A stretch of 64,000 bases of DNA. It comes from Phoronis australis (taxonomy: Eukaryota; Animalia; Phoronida). Positions 34,962-46,900 of this stretch are shown piece after piece. The notes under the pieces are model-generated. The model was not told the DNA's origin, ran no database searches, and saw only the letters and a list, made by a program, of their open reading frames with translations. Position numbers and translations under genes: made by a program. The stretch is taken from contig NMRA01000002.1 in NCBI GenBank assembly GCA_002633005.1, positions 1,829,023 through 1,893,022 on the forward strand. Direction: 5' to 3'. The stretch's first letter is position 1; each line of letters opens with the position of its first letter.

Positions 34962-37900
34962 CTGAAAAACAAGAAGTAAAATATTACTGTAAAACAGACT
35001 CTAATGTTGATAAAAATTACTTAACTTAATTGATCCCCAATACTGCACTTGAGGACAAATTGAATTAAAGCAAATTTTAACAAAAACAAAACATTAATCA
35101 TGAAAACCAAACAAAGGACGAATGGACAAAGTCATCTGTTAACATATATACATAAATAGAATCCAAGTGCATTGTCCAAAATCTATAGGTCGGTTTGAGG
35201 TGACAAAGCTTTAAGACACACATCAATTAGTAAGACCACTGGAATATTTTAGCATCTTAATCCATGTAAAGAACAGGGTAGATGGCAAAATTCAAGATGT
35301 TCCTTTACAACCCTTATGTCCACAAGGTGGCTCACTCGTAGCATGACTTTGGCATAATACTGTGGTTCTACTATGTCAGCTCAAACCAACTGAAAGACCT
35401 TGAAGTGGGTATCTAGATTATACATGAGAATCTTTCAGTTTCCCACAAGATGCTTCCAAAGCCAGCTGCTAATGTACTCTGGGGAATAACATGTTGCGTG
35501 GGTAGCGAGTGACCAGGTGCAGAGAGCATGTGGGTTCAATTCCCTGACTTCGAAAGGTTTTATTCCCAAGATGATCGGCAGAATTTCTTCTCTGTCTTCC
35601 ATCAAACTGCTCATCCCCATCGAAACAAGAGAGCCACGAAGAGGTCGTAAAAACATAAATATGCCATTTCTGAATATTTGCCTTGGGATTCAATATCGTA
35701 ATTTCCCTGCAGTAGTGAAGAGATTTTGGGACATAAAAGGCCATCACTGAATACAAAACCAAGACAGACACACCAACTATGTCACTTCACTATGTTGCAC
35801 TGGCACAGGCACTTACAGGGGATCCTGGATTCTGAGAACCAGCTTGAAGTGCACTATTCAGTGGAGCAAACTGGTCGACAAAACCCCTGCAAGTGACACT
35901 GTTGCATGCGCATTTAATAAGGACAGGAAAAGAGCGACTGCATTGAGACATGCCTTTGTAACCCAGCAATTTGTGTTTTGAGTAAAAATAACAGCTTCAG
36001 CATTAGCTTTCCCCAATTTCAACACAGAATTTTCGACTGACAAGAGTTCCAGTTAAAAATCTTAATCACTAAACAGGTATATTGATTGAGTAGTTGTCAG
36101 TGAACAGCTTTAAGCTGACGGGAACCCACCAGAAAACAGTGTAAGCTTCTGCCTGGGCGGGATCTTTGGGGTTTGGAGAGTTGAGCAGGTCCTGTATGCC
36201 CACAAGTATCTGCATTGTAACCAATAACAGTTAAAGCGACTATGAGCGCACAAGAACTCACCAGTAAACAGTATAAGCCTCCGCCTGAGCGGGGTCTTTG
36301 GGGTTTGGAGAGTTGAGCAGATCCTGTATGCCCACGAGAATCTGCAATGTAACCAGTAACCATTATGGTGGCCATACACCCATGATCTCTCAAAGAAGCA
36401 AACTTAATTTAGCTCATTAACTGCCATAAACTGGGTCTCAGCTTGTTCCTCATTAAGAAGTGGTTTCTGTTTTAGGAAAGAACTGTCAGCTCGTTATTTC
36501 AGCGCTTTGAACAACCAAAGACAACAGAGGAAACTTTTCCAGGTGATGAATCGTTCCACAAATAAATAGGCCTGTGTGGTAGAAATATTTTCTTCTGTTA
36601 TTTAACTTAAATAAATGTTTTTACATGAATAAAGTCAAAATGATAACAAAAAGACGAAGAAAGAGAAAACTGGAAATCAAATAAAAGGAAATCAAAACCA
36701 AAAAGAGGAAATCCTTTTAAAAGAGGAAAATTCCAAGCCTTGTTCTTCTTTGAGATGATGATTTGTCTATAAAATGACACACCATGACAGGCAAAGTTGA
36801 AGAGCCTAGTATCAAGCAATAACAAACTGCCAGTTCCATAGATCCTCTGAAATCATCTCCATTTTGTCAAAGAAACAATTTGAGACTAATTTCAAAACAG
36901 TAAGCGGACTAAATCCAAAAAATTCAGTAAATTAAAGTTCACGCACTGAGACAGTGCACGTGCTGAGACAGTGCACGTGCTGAGACAGTGCACGTGCTGA
37001 GACAGTGCACATGCTGAAACACACGAGTAACAAGTACACGTTTTGGACATTATCATAGCAGTTACGCCAGATTGAGACGTTGACTAAATAAGGAAAGTAA
37101 AACTAATGTAAAAATGCAGCTTGTGCCATGCACCGAATTGCTGGGAATTTGTACAGCTTTTTCACCAAATTTACTTCAGATGGTTATTTCTGCAAATAGG
37201 CATTTGTTCACACTGAACTACCACCGTGTATACATTCAGGCCAACCACACCATGCCGAAACTCCCTGTCATTGTAAATACTGACAGGGTAAACACAGGAG
37301 CTATTTACCTGTCTTATGTTAACTGCAGGCCTCCAATCCTTGTCTTCGTCTAACAGTGACAGACACACAGTACCTGAGGGGTATACGTTGGGGTGGAATA
37401 TGGGCGGCTCAAATTTACCTATAAGTGGAAGGTAGAGATTTGATGAAAATGTTTTACAAGCAAAAAATGTTTATGAGTTCCACCCTAGGTAAAATACAGT
37501 TGACCTTTTTAACGACAGCAAAAAATCGATGTATGACCATCCGAGTGATTTGTGGAATACGAGTCATCCAATCTAGACTCCAGATAATCGTCTACAAAAG
37601 TTGGCAGTAGATTTTGAACAGATTCTACCTGCTCACTCCAAACAATGACAAACTGAACTTCTGACAACCTGGACTAGTACTAAAATGTTTTCTACATATC
37701 GCTTATCTACGTCGACCAGCTGTCTTGCTTTCATTGGAGGATGCTACTCCACAATCTTTTGTGTGCACATTTCATGCAATCCGTAAAAAGTTCAGTTATG
37801 GCAAACTAGAAGTATTAACTTACCTCATTTCAGATCCACAATTAGAATTTCTTTTTGACAAATCAAGACTCACCGTTAACACATATAATATTAACGTTAT

Positions 37901-40900
37901 TTAAACAGTCACGCTATATGTGAGCTCAACTGAATGGAATCAATCAGACTGCAATATTAGTTCGTAACAATCAGCAACATTAACATCCCTTCATATTGAA
38001 AATCCGCGTATCTTCAGTCAGACCACAAGTCTTTGGCAAATTCTGCATAGATGCACTGCAAATTTTCTTAATTGCTCATTTTCCTCAAAATCATTTTGCA
38101 AAAAGCTACTAGATGGCTCCAAACAGACGAGGTTGTTATTAACAGTAATCCAGAAAGACACTTACATTTTGGTGGTGTTGACGGGTAATCGTCTTTGAAA
38201 ATCATTCTTAGTCTAAACTGTCCTCCCTCCCAATCCGTCTGCAACCAAAAGTGTCCGTTAGAAGCCACTCCACAATTACAGTTCTGCACAGTTCAGGCAA
38301 AATACCATTACAGTCATGACAGCTAATTCTGATACAGGCAAAAATGAATTATTATAACTATAAACGAGGCAGCAAAATTCTAATAACAGAATGACTTAGC
38401 CACTTTCCTAACGTTCCTGTCAACTCTCCTATGTTGTCTGCCACCAGGGAAGATCATTCTGACTATGAACCTGGCTTCCAACCAGCCATCATGACAGGGA
38501 ATTCTGGGTGCATTTTGGCAACATACTTTTGTACTGCACATATGATTATAACACCAGACAAAATTGCCTTCAAGAAGAGTGACATGTCAGAAAATTTCCT
38601 TAATTTCGAAAAACCTGCAAAGCACTGTTGAATGACATCACCACATACGCATGTATTTAGGCCCATTGGCCAAAGTTGAAAATAATGCATTTTTCAAAGA
38701 AGATATTTCAACTCAAGTGTTTTGCGTAACATCACACGCACCTTAAGTTTCACTTACAGGTGTAGGTGGCTATCTACACCATAACATAAACGCCTTAAAC
38801 TTGGTGTTTTGTGCATTTTCTCTCCATTCTTGTACTTTTCATTTGAAAGTTTGCGGATGGATGAATACACGTGGATAACGTCACCACTTCGAAGCAAATA
38901 AGCCAAGTTTGACTTCATCACATTATCAAAATTTGCTCTTTGGATCTAAGTGTTTGTCATGCTCCTAACTCTGGATATAGACCCAACCTGACATATCTGC
39001 ACACAGGCCTTTGGCACACAGCCATATACTGTAACTAGACATGGAGTAAATCACCACCAAGTCCCTCCATGAATGTTCACGTCCAACGCAGGAGTCCCCA
39101 TACTATCACTTAACTTCTCAGCAAATATCAGCCCTTGAATATGACTGGATGATGCACCGTGCCTCACTTAAAACTACCACGAACTGATGACCTTGTGTCC
39201 AAAAAGTGACTGGGTCTAGGACACTTACATTACATATCTCGTCTTGACTTACTTGTTAATTATTATTTTTACTTACTCCTTTTTTACCAGGTATTGCACA
39301 TTCCCAGTTCATGAGATTTAATGAGCCGTCTGGATTCTTTACTGGCTTTGCCACAAAACCCTGCAAAATAAGACAATAATGGAGTAAAACCTAGCTGACA
39401 GCTAAAATTCAAATTGAATCCAGTTTTTGTACAATACTCATCATGATTATTACTTTCTCCCTGAATCAGGCTCCACCAGCATGAGGGATTGTTTACATTC
39501 AAATAGATGCCACTTGCAACAAGTTCATGCACCAAATTAGCTAGCCAAAACAATTACCCATGTATAATTGTATATTGTATTTATCATCTATGACCTTGCT
39601 TTCCATAACTTTTTCTGTCTAAAATGATAAGTGTAAACCAGAGAAGACTAAATTCACTGTAAAGTAATGGTGGTTGCGGATGAGCAGGGTTATTACTGTC
39701 ATTAAGTGTCATACCAGGACTGTGATCTTTACATCCCTTACCTCTCATTTTCCTTGGTCAAATAACAAAAATCTAGTCGTGGTTGCAAGTATGTGTCCAC
39801 ATTGCCAGCTATATAGTTGGACCAGAGGGTTGTATAGCTAGGAACACCTCTGGAAACCAATGCCTTTGAGGCTACTGAAATTAAATTCGCACTCCACTCG
39901 AGAGAAGTTTTTCTAAAACTCTTGTATTTAACTGGCATTTACCTTGTCCGGTGTTACAGATGATTAAAAGAAACAAAATCAAGTAATCCGTCATTTAGTT
40001 GCCCTACTGTCCCGCTTTTTCAAAACAGAAGTTGATCATTGTGTGAGGAATGGTAATGACTAAATAACTTTCAAAAATTGAGATTTAGATGCAATTTTTC
40101 AATCTTTCATTTTATCACAAAATGAAAAGTTAGAATCAACTGCAAAAATGTAAAACTCTAAATAATTAAAATCCCAAGTTCTGCATTAACATCTTCTTTA
40201 CACGACTCGAGGCTTTCTCACAAAGGCCCAGTTCCATGTTTGGAAATATTTTGCAGTCATTATTTGAAGTATGTTAATCGACTTTTGAAAAATCCAACAA
40301 ATTTAGTTCTGGTAATTTTTGGGGTAAAATAAGAGAAAACTCCTATAACTTTGACAATTGAAGACCTAGTTAATATTTTCATCAATGAGACTAATTCAAC
40401 GTATTTCAATGTGCCCCCAACACCTCAAGATAAATGTAAACATACTGTTATTTACAGGACCTTTACTGTTGTTTTTTCTATACGCTTTTGCATGAATGAG
40501 TGATCGAGTATTTCCAATATAATTAGATAAAGTTACTGCCCTTTGAGGTAGGTCATACCAGTAGATCAACCTAAGCTAGCAACCAATCCGAGTATAACTC
40601 CTTAGTTACGTACGTAGGAGTAGGACCTTAGAAAAATGTCCAAATTTGATGAAATTCGGAACACGATATCTCAAAAACTTTAGAAAACTGCAAGTGTTTT
40701 TGAGATTTCATCTCCAATAATGAAATCTGGTCAACAAGTTATTAAAAATACTGTTTTGCTATCAATGTACCTTTCTTCTTTGCTAAATTTTATTTACGTG
40801 ACCCAGTTACTGGCAGAATGGCAAAAAGTCAAAAAACAAAATTCTACAAGCTTTGTACTTTCAGAAAATCCTTACCTATACCGAATTAAAATCAAGTTCT

Positions 40901-43900
40901 GTAGACAATTGGCTTAAAACACAGTCCTGTCAATAAGGTTCTACATAATCTTAACCATGTTTACAGCACGTACCTACATGGATCTATTAGAGCACACGAA
41001 TACAAACCTCTTGGACTCTGATTGGGAACAATCAAGGCTAAGTATACATGACATCCATTCAATAATGACATACACCTGGATAATGTTCCAGCAAATATGT
41101 TTATGCAAGATCATTAAAAGAACAGTTCGGACTATACCCGAAGAGTGTACCCATAAGCAATAACCTAAGTTTATTTAGCGTTTTTAAAGCATTTTCATGT
41201 TGTGCATTCCTTTGGACTCGAACGATATCCAAGTGGTCTTAATGTTGATTTCTTTTGCACCACAGAGGAAAACAATTTAAAGACAAATCTAAGTTTTCCT
41301 TGTAAAATTCAGCACAATTCACTAAGCAAAATTGTACTCTGTTCACATGACAAAGGTTATACCAGCAGTAATCTGTTCACATGACAAAGGTTATACCAGT
41401 AATTTAAGATTAAAGGTGAGGATTCTAGTAGAATGTACTATCATGGTGAAACAATTAGTATAAATTTATTAAACAACTCGGCAAAAACAAGTAGGGAAAT
41501 AACACAGTTTATAGAGAACAGAAGGGAAATAACAGTTTATAGAGAACAGTTATCACTAACCGCTACGTGAAATTGCAGGTAGCTTTAACAATGCTATGAC
41601 CCTTTGAAAACTAGAACAACGATAATTTTGCCATTCTTTCTTCTCAAAACATAAGAAACTTAGCTCCCTATTTTGGTCACAAGAGACGTTACACGGTATC
41701 ACATACCAAGGACTATTTCACAGTCATGCCAAACGAAAATTTCAAGGCTAGAGCCAAGATATAAAGTGACGGGTACTAATTAGTACATACTGTATACACA
41801 AGAGCATCATAACTTAATTATATGCTAACGAACATAGACATGTAATTAGAGCGAGCAGAAACTGCTGTAGCAATAAAACGAGAAGTTCCAATCTAAGATT
41901 AGGTCACCTATTAACAACTTTTACATTTCCTACATGCTTGTTAACCTTTCTAAAGAATGCCGATACTCAGCAATGTAATCACCAAACCTGTAACCTATAC
42001 CTGCCAGCCCCTCCCCCTCCCCCTTCCACCCTTAAACAGGACTGGGAGTAAATGACCAAACTGTATTGAGAATAGGAGTTTCATCAAACTTATACAAAAC
42101 AATCAAAGATTTTATTCAATTCAGCAATACTATTAATTTTGGATGCACCTTCTGAAGACTGAAGTATTTGAAGCATGTGTCTAGTCTTCTTCTTGGATAA
42201 TTCCTCAAATCTAAAATTACACCGACAAAATGTCAATGGTAGCAAGCAGCATGCCTCCTTTCAACTTATACCCAACATGACATTTTAAGTTAAACCTTAA
42301 TCCATCACAACCAGAACGGAAGTGCTAGGAGCAAGAACGAGTTTATACGACTCCTGAACAGACTGCTGAACAGCGTGTATGTTGGCAATGACTTCAAAAA
42401 TCAGTTAAACCCTGTTGGATATGGTAGTCAACTCTGGATTCAATCTTGAAGCATCCAGTAATCATGACATGCGTCTTAACCATTACTTTTCTTGTCATCA
42501 ACATTGGTGTGATTTCAGGAAGTGACCACAACATAAGTACAGGAGGCGATATTTGGCCAACAACGGCTAGTGGAATTCAACTCAATGCCAGCATGTTTTC
42601 ACCATGGAACTGGAGTTTGTCAAAGAAATCACGGCGAGAATCTTTGCAGAGGGAGAAAACAACTGATGGTCTTGAAAACCAGTTGATAACAGGAAGCTCA
42701 GTGGTTAACCAAAGCCTTCATAATGACTTCCAATTTGTTGTAATTTCAAGTCTTCCTGTGGTAAACCCAACGGAATCCAGAATGACAGCATCCGCGCAGC
42801 CAATGCTGGCATATGTAGACGACAGCTCCAGCACACTGCCAATGAAGATGAATAACTCAGTGTCCCTCGATGGAAGCCCCGTTCTGGCCAGCGTAGCTTA
42901 CACAGCTATACCAGAGCCAATAAGAGAGACTACATTTCCGAAAAGAACGCGTCACGATCAGTTACAACCACCAAACTCAACAATAGCATACACACCACTG
43001 ATGTCAGCAACGATATCAGAAATGTTAGCACCAAGTTTGGCGGACAAACAGCAGGAAGGGAGCATCAGCGTTTCAACAGCTTATCCCCATCAGTTACAAA
43101 CCTCAAGCTTGCCAAATAAGGAAAACATTACATCTTCACTGTACTTTCTACTGCAGTCATCTGAGTCAGTCATACAAGACACATTTTCTTTTCACACGGG
43201 CAGCTTTGCAGCAACACCAAGCCAGTCCACAGGTGAGACAACATTCAGTAGCAAGCAGCAAAATGTTCAAACTTCTTTTCACATTGCTAGCGTAAGCAAG
43301 ATAAGGCAAGTCATAAGTGACATTAAACCGACAAGGACCACCTATTCTGAAAATTTGGATCAATCTTCTAGAAACATAGAAGCTATTTCCCATGAAGAGT
43401 CTACTCTTTTCAAAGAGAATGAGACGGGTGACAATCAAGTTCGATCAAGTGGACAAGTATTTCCATTCACCGCTTTCCAGACGTTAGATGACTTAGTCAC
43501 TTCGACAGAACAGACAGCAAACTCTCAATATGGTTTTGGTTCGACAGCTCATAACTTCAGTGAGAAACAAATTTCGACAAGCATTAACCCAAACAGTGAC
43601 CACGTGCGTAGCACACCAACAACACTCCGTCATTATACACCACAAATTTCCTTGTGGAGTACAGTTGCAAGCTCCGTGCTCTTACTCATTACAGCATTGA
43701 TATTCGGTCTTGTACCAACACTACGCGATGCGGAGGGTTATTGCATACTGAATCTTTCAGTAGCTCTTGCACTGGCACAGCTGACAGACATATTGGGACG
43801 AGACAGTGTAGAGCTTGGAGTAGGCTGTCAAATTGTGGCAGGAGTCTCCCAATATCTTGGAATAGCCTCTTTCTTCTGGGGCAGCGTCTTAGTGATTGAT

Positions 43901-46900
43901 AACTGGAGTGTCATAAGTCGGCCAATCAGAGATCAGAAAAACAATTTGAACTATGTCATGTACGCACTGTTTGCATGGCTCGGTCCACTGACTGTTCTTT
44001 TGTCTACGTTTCTCTATGACAACCTGGCTGATGAGTCATCAAATCTTAGACCAAAGATTGGTGAAACTGAATGTTTTATTACTGTTCAGAGTGCGCTGTT
44101 GTTATTTTTTGTGTCCCCATGTTGTGCACTGTACCTAGTCAGCGCCCTGGCATTTACATATTCCTGCTCCCACGTAGCTCGAAAGCGAGAGAGGGGACAC
44201 GAACAAATTTCGAGCAAGGTGAAGTATAAACTAGTACGTAACATTATTATTTTGACCACCATGACAGTCAGAGTAATCTTGACCTATGTGGCACGTGTGT
44301 ACGAAACGGAGGTAACTCTTATTTTGGACTCCAACCTGACACTTTTGCAAGGCATTCTCATATTTATTCTGTGTATCTGCAAGTGGGATGTATTTGTCAA
44401 AGTACATAACCGTGTGCGCCAGTGCATTGATACTTGTAAAAGCCGACTAGAAGACCACAACAAGCGCAGAAAGGTGAGAAATACATACTCTATGGAAAAA
44501 AGAAAGGCGCTACGAGCAGTAGATTTTGCCCATGGTTGCGATAACCAACTTATCACCGAGTCAAAGTTCAGCCGGCACGCAAAAGTCACGATTGAAGAGC
44601 GGTATCGCAAATATCATCCTCTCCACAGGAGTGATAAATTAAAAAATGATGATGATACGGCAGACACAAAGGCCACATCAATGATACAGAGATTGAGCGA
44701 GAGATTGAAACGCAAAGCTAGCAACAAGAGGGCGCCAGTGCTAAACAACAAGTACGACCAGTTCAACCCCATGTTGGAAGGATATAACAACAGAGCCTAT
44801 GAATCCTCAGTAACGGACATGTCCAGCGATGAGTGTACTATGTATAGTCTTCATGCTCCAAGTGAAAATCTGCAGATTCAAATGAGGGACATCATAGCAA
44901 GTAATGAACCGTCATCAGTTACAGAGATTGACTGCACAGATGTATCGGGCACCTCTGAGACGGTCTCACAAGAGTCAAGGTTCTGATGTTAGTTCACGTA
45001 ACATAACTGTATACTAGAACAAAGGTATAGTTAATAGTTTCTTGTCCTCATACAGACAATTTTTTAAATATGTTAAAAATGACAGATTTAGCTGAATTAT
45101 GCTATAATGAAATCTCACCAACTTTGTACACAATATGGAAACAGGTGAAGTTTTATATTCTATTTCTTCCAAGAATGATATATGGTACCAGAATAATACT
45201 TGGCTAAGTTCTGTACCACAACTAACAACAGACAATATGCTGAAAAATTTGGGCCCTCACAACAATGGGCCTTGAAAAATAAAAAACCCGCAATGTTTGG
45301 ATATCATTTTTGCTCAAAATTGGTGAGATTTTACGGTACTTTGAAATTTCCAAACTCAGGATGACTTGTGGTGTGGAAAGCTATGAGAAAATGGACAAAA
45401 TAGGCACTTCTAATCTACGGAAATTTACGCAACTGGAACTTTTATTTGAGTAATGACATCTCGCTAATCACGTTTCCATAATTACAAGAAACATAGGTTT
45501 ACTTTCTTAACGATAATACGCCAGCGAGCATTGCATGTAAACACTGTACACTTTAAGTTGTAATTTTAATGAGGCAGGTACTCAAAATTGTTTGTTATTT
45601 CAATAAAAACGTTAAATTACAACATGTTATGGCCACATATGCGTAGAATTATTGAGTAAAATTCTTAAAAATTTAAGATTTCGTCAATTTTCAATGCAGC
45701 TATTAGCCCAGCTTCAGTGAGGGGAACACCATTTTGCTTTAGACAGTTTAACACCTCAAAATTGTCTCCGCTCATTATGTATTCCCATGAGAAGTGATTT
45801 CTAGGCTTCGAAAGAACTGTTGAGTTCAAAAATGCTCGAGATCATTAATGGCACAAAAAATGCCAGGATGTTGAGTCAGTGCTCGAGTAACACCAATTAT
45901 CAGCTGTTCATAATGGAAAGTACCGTAATCGTTCGGGTTAACGCCCATGCTCAGTTAACCGCCNNNNNNNNNNNNNNNNNNNNNNNNNNNNNNNNNNNNN
46001 NNNNNNNNNNNNNNNNNNNNNNNNNNNNNNNNNNNNNNNNNNNNNNNNNNNNNNNNNNNNNNNNNNNNNNNNNNNNNNNNNNNNNNNNNNNNNNNNNNNN
46101 NNNNNNNNNNNNNNNNNNNNNNNNNNNNNNNNNNNNNNNNNNNNNNNNNNNNNNNNNNNNNNNNNNNNNNNNNNNNNNNNNNNNNNNNNNNNNNNNNNNN
46201 NNNNNNNNNNNNNNNNNNNNNNNNNNNNNNNNNNNNNNNNNNNNNNNNNNNNNNNNNNNNNNNNNNNNNNNNNNNNNNNNNNNNNNNNNNNNNNNNNNNN
46301 NNNNNNNNNNNNNNNNNNNNNNNNNNNNNNNNNNNNNNNNNNNNNNNNNNNNNNNNNNNNNNNNNNNNNNNNNNNNNNNNNNNNNNNNNNNNNNNNNNNN
46401 NNNNNNNNNNNNNNNNNNNNNNNNNNNNNNNNNNNNNNNNNNNNNNNNNNNNNNNNNNNNNNNNNNNNNNNNNNNNNNNNNNNNNNNNNNNNNNNNNNNN
46501 NNNNNNNNNNNNNNNNNNNNNNNNNNNNNNNNNNNNNNNNNNNNNNNNNNNNNNNNNNNNNNNNNNNNNNNNNNNNNNNNNNNNNNNNNNNNNNNNNNNN
46601 NNNNNNNNNNNNNNNNNNNNNNNNNNNNNNNNNNNNNNNNNNNNNNNNNNNNNNNNNNNNNNNNNNNNNNNNNNNNNNNNNNNNNNNNNNNNNNNNNNNN
46701 NNNNNNNNNNNNNNNNNNNNNNNNNNNNNNNNNNNNNNNNNNNNNNNNNNNNNNNNNNNNNNNNNNNNNNNNNNNNNNNNNNNNNNNNNNNNNNNNNNNN
46801 NNNNNNNNNNNNNNNNNNNNNNNNNNNNNNNNNNNNNNNNNNNNNNNNNNNNNNTTTTCTGTTTTGAATATTCATTATAATCCCTACAGAGTTCCAGCCA

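Noticed and set aside
36097-36393. ORF-track proteins with an internal repeat ([12 protein letters not shown] twice)
   Set aside because: Wrong-frame translations of the duplicated UBC9 exon 5.
45940-45963. taccgtaatcgttcgggttaacgccc at the gap edge, resembling a Tc1/mariner-type MITE end
   Set aside because: Only ~24 nt visible and no partner TIR.
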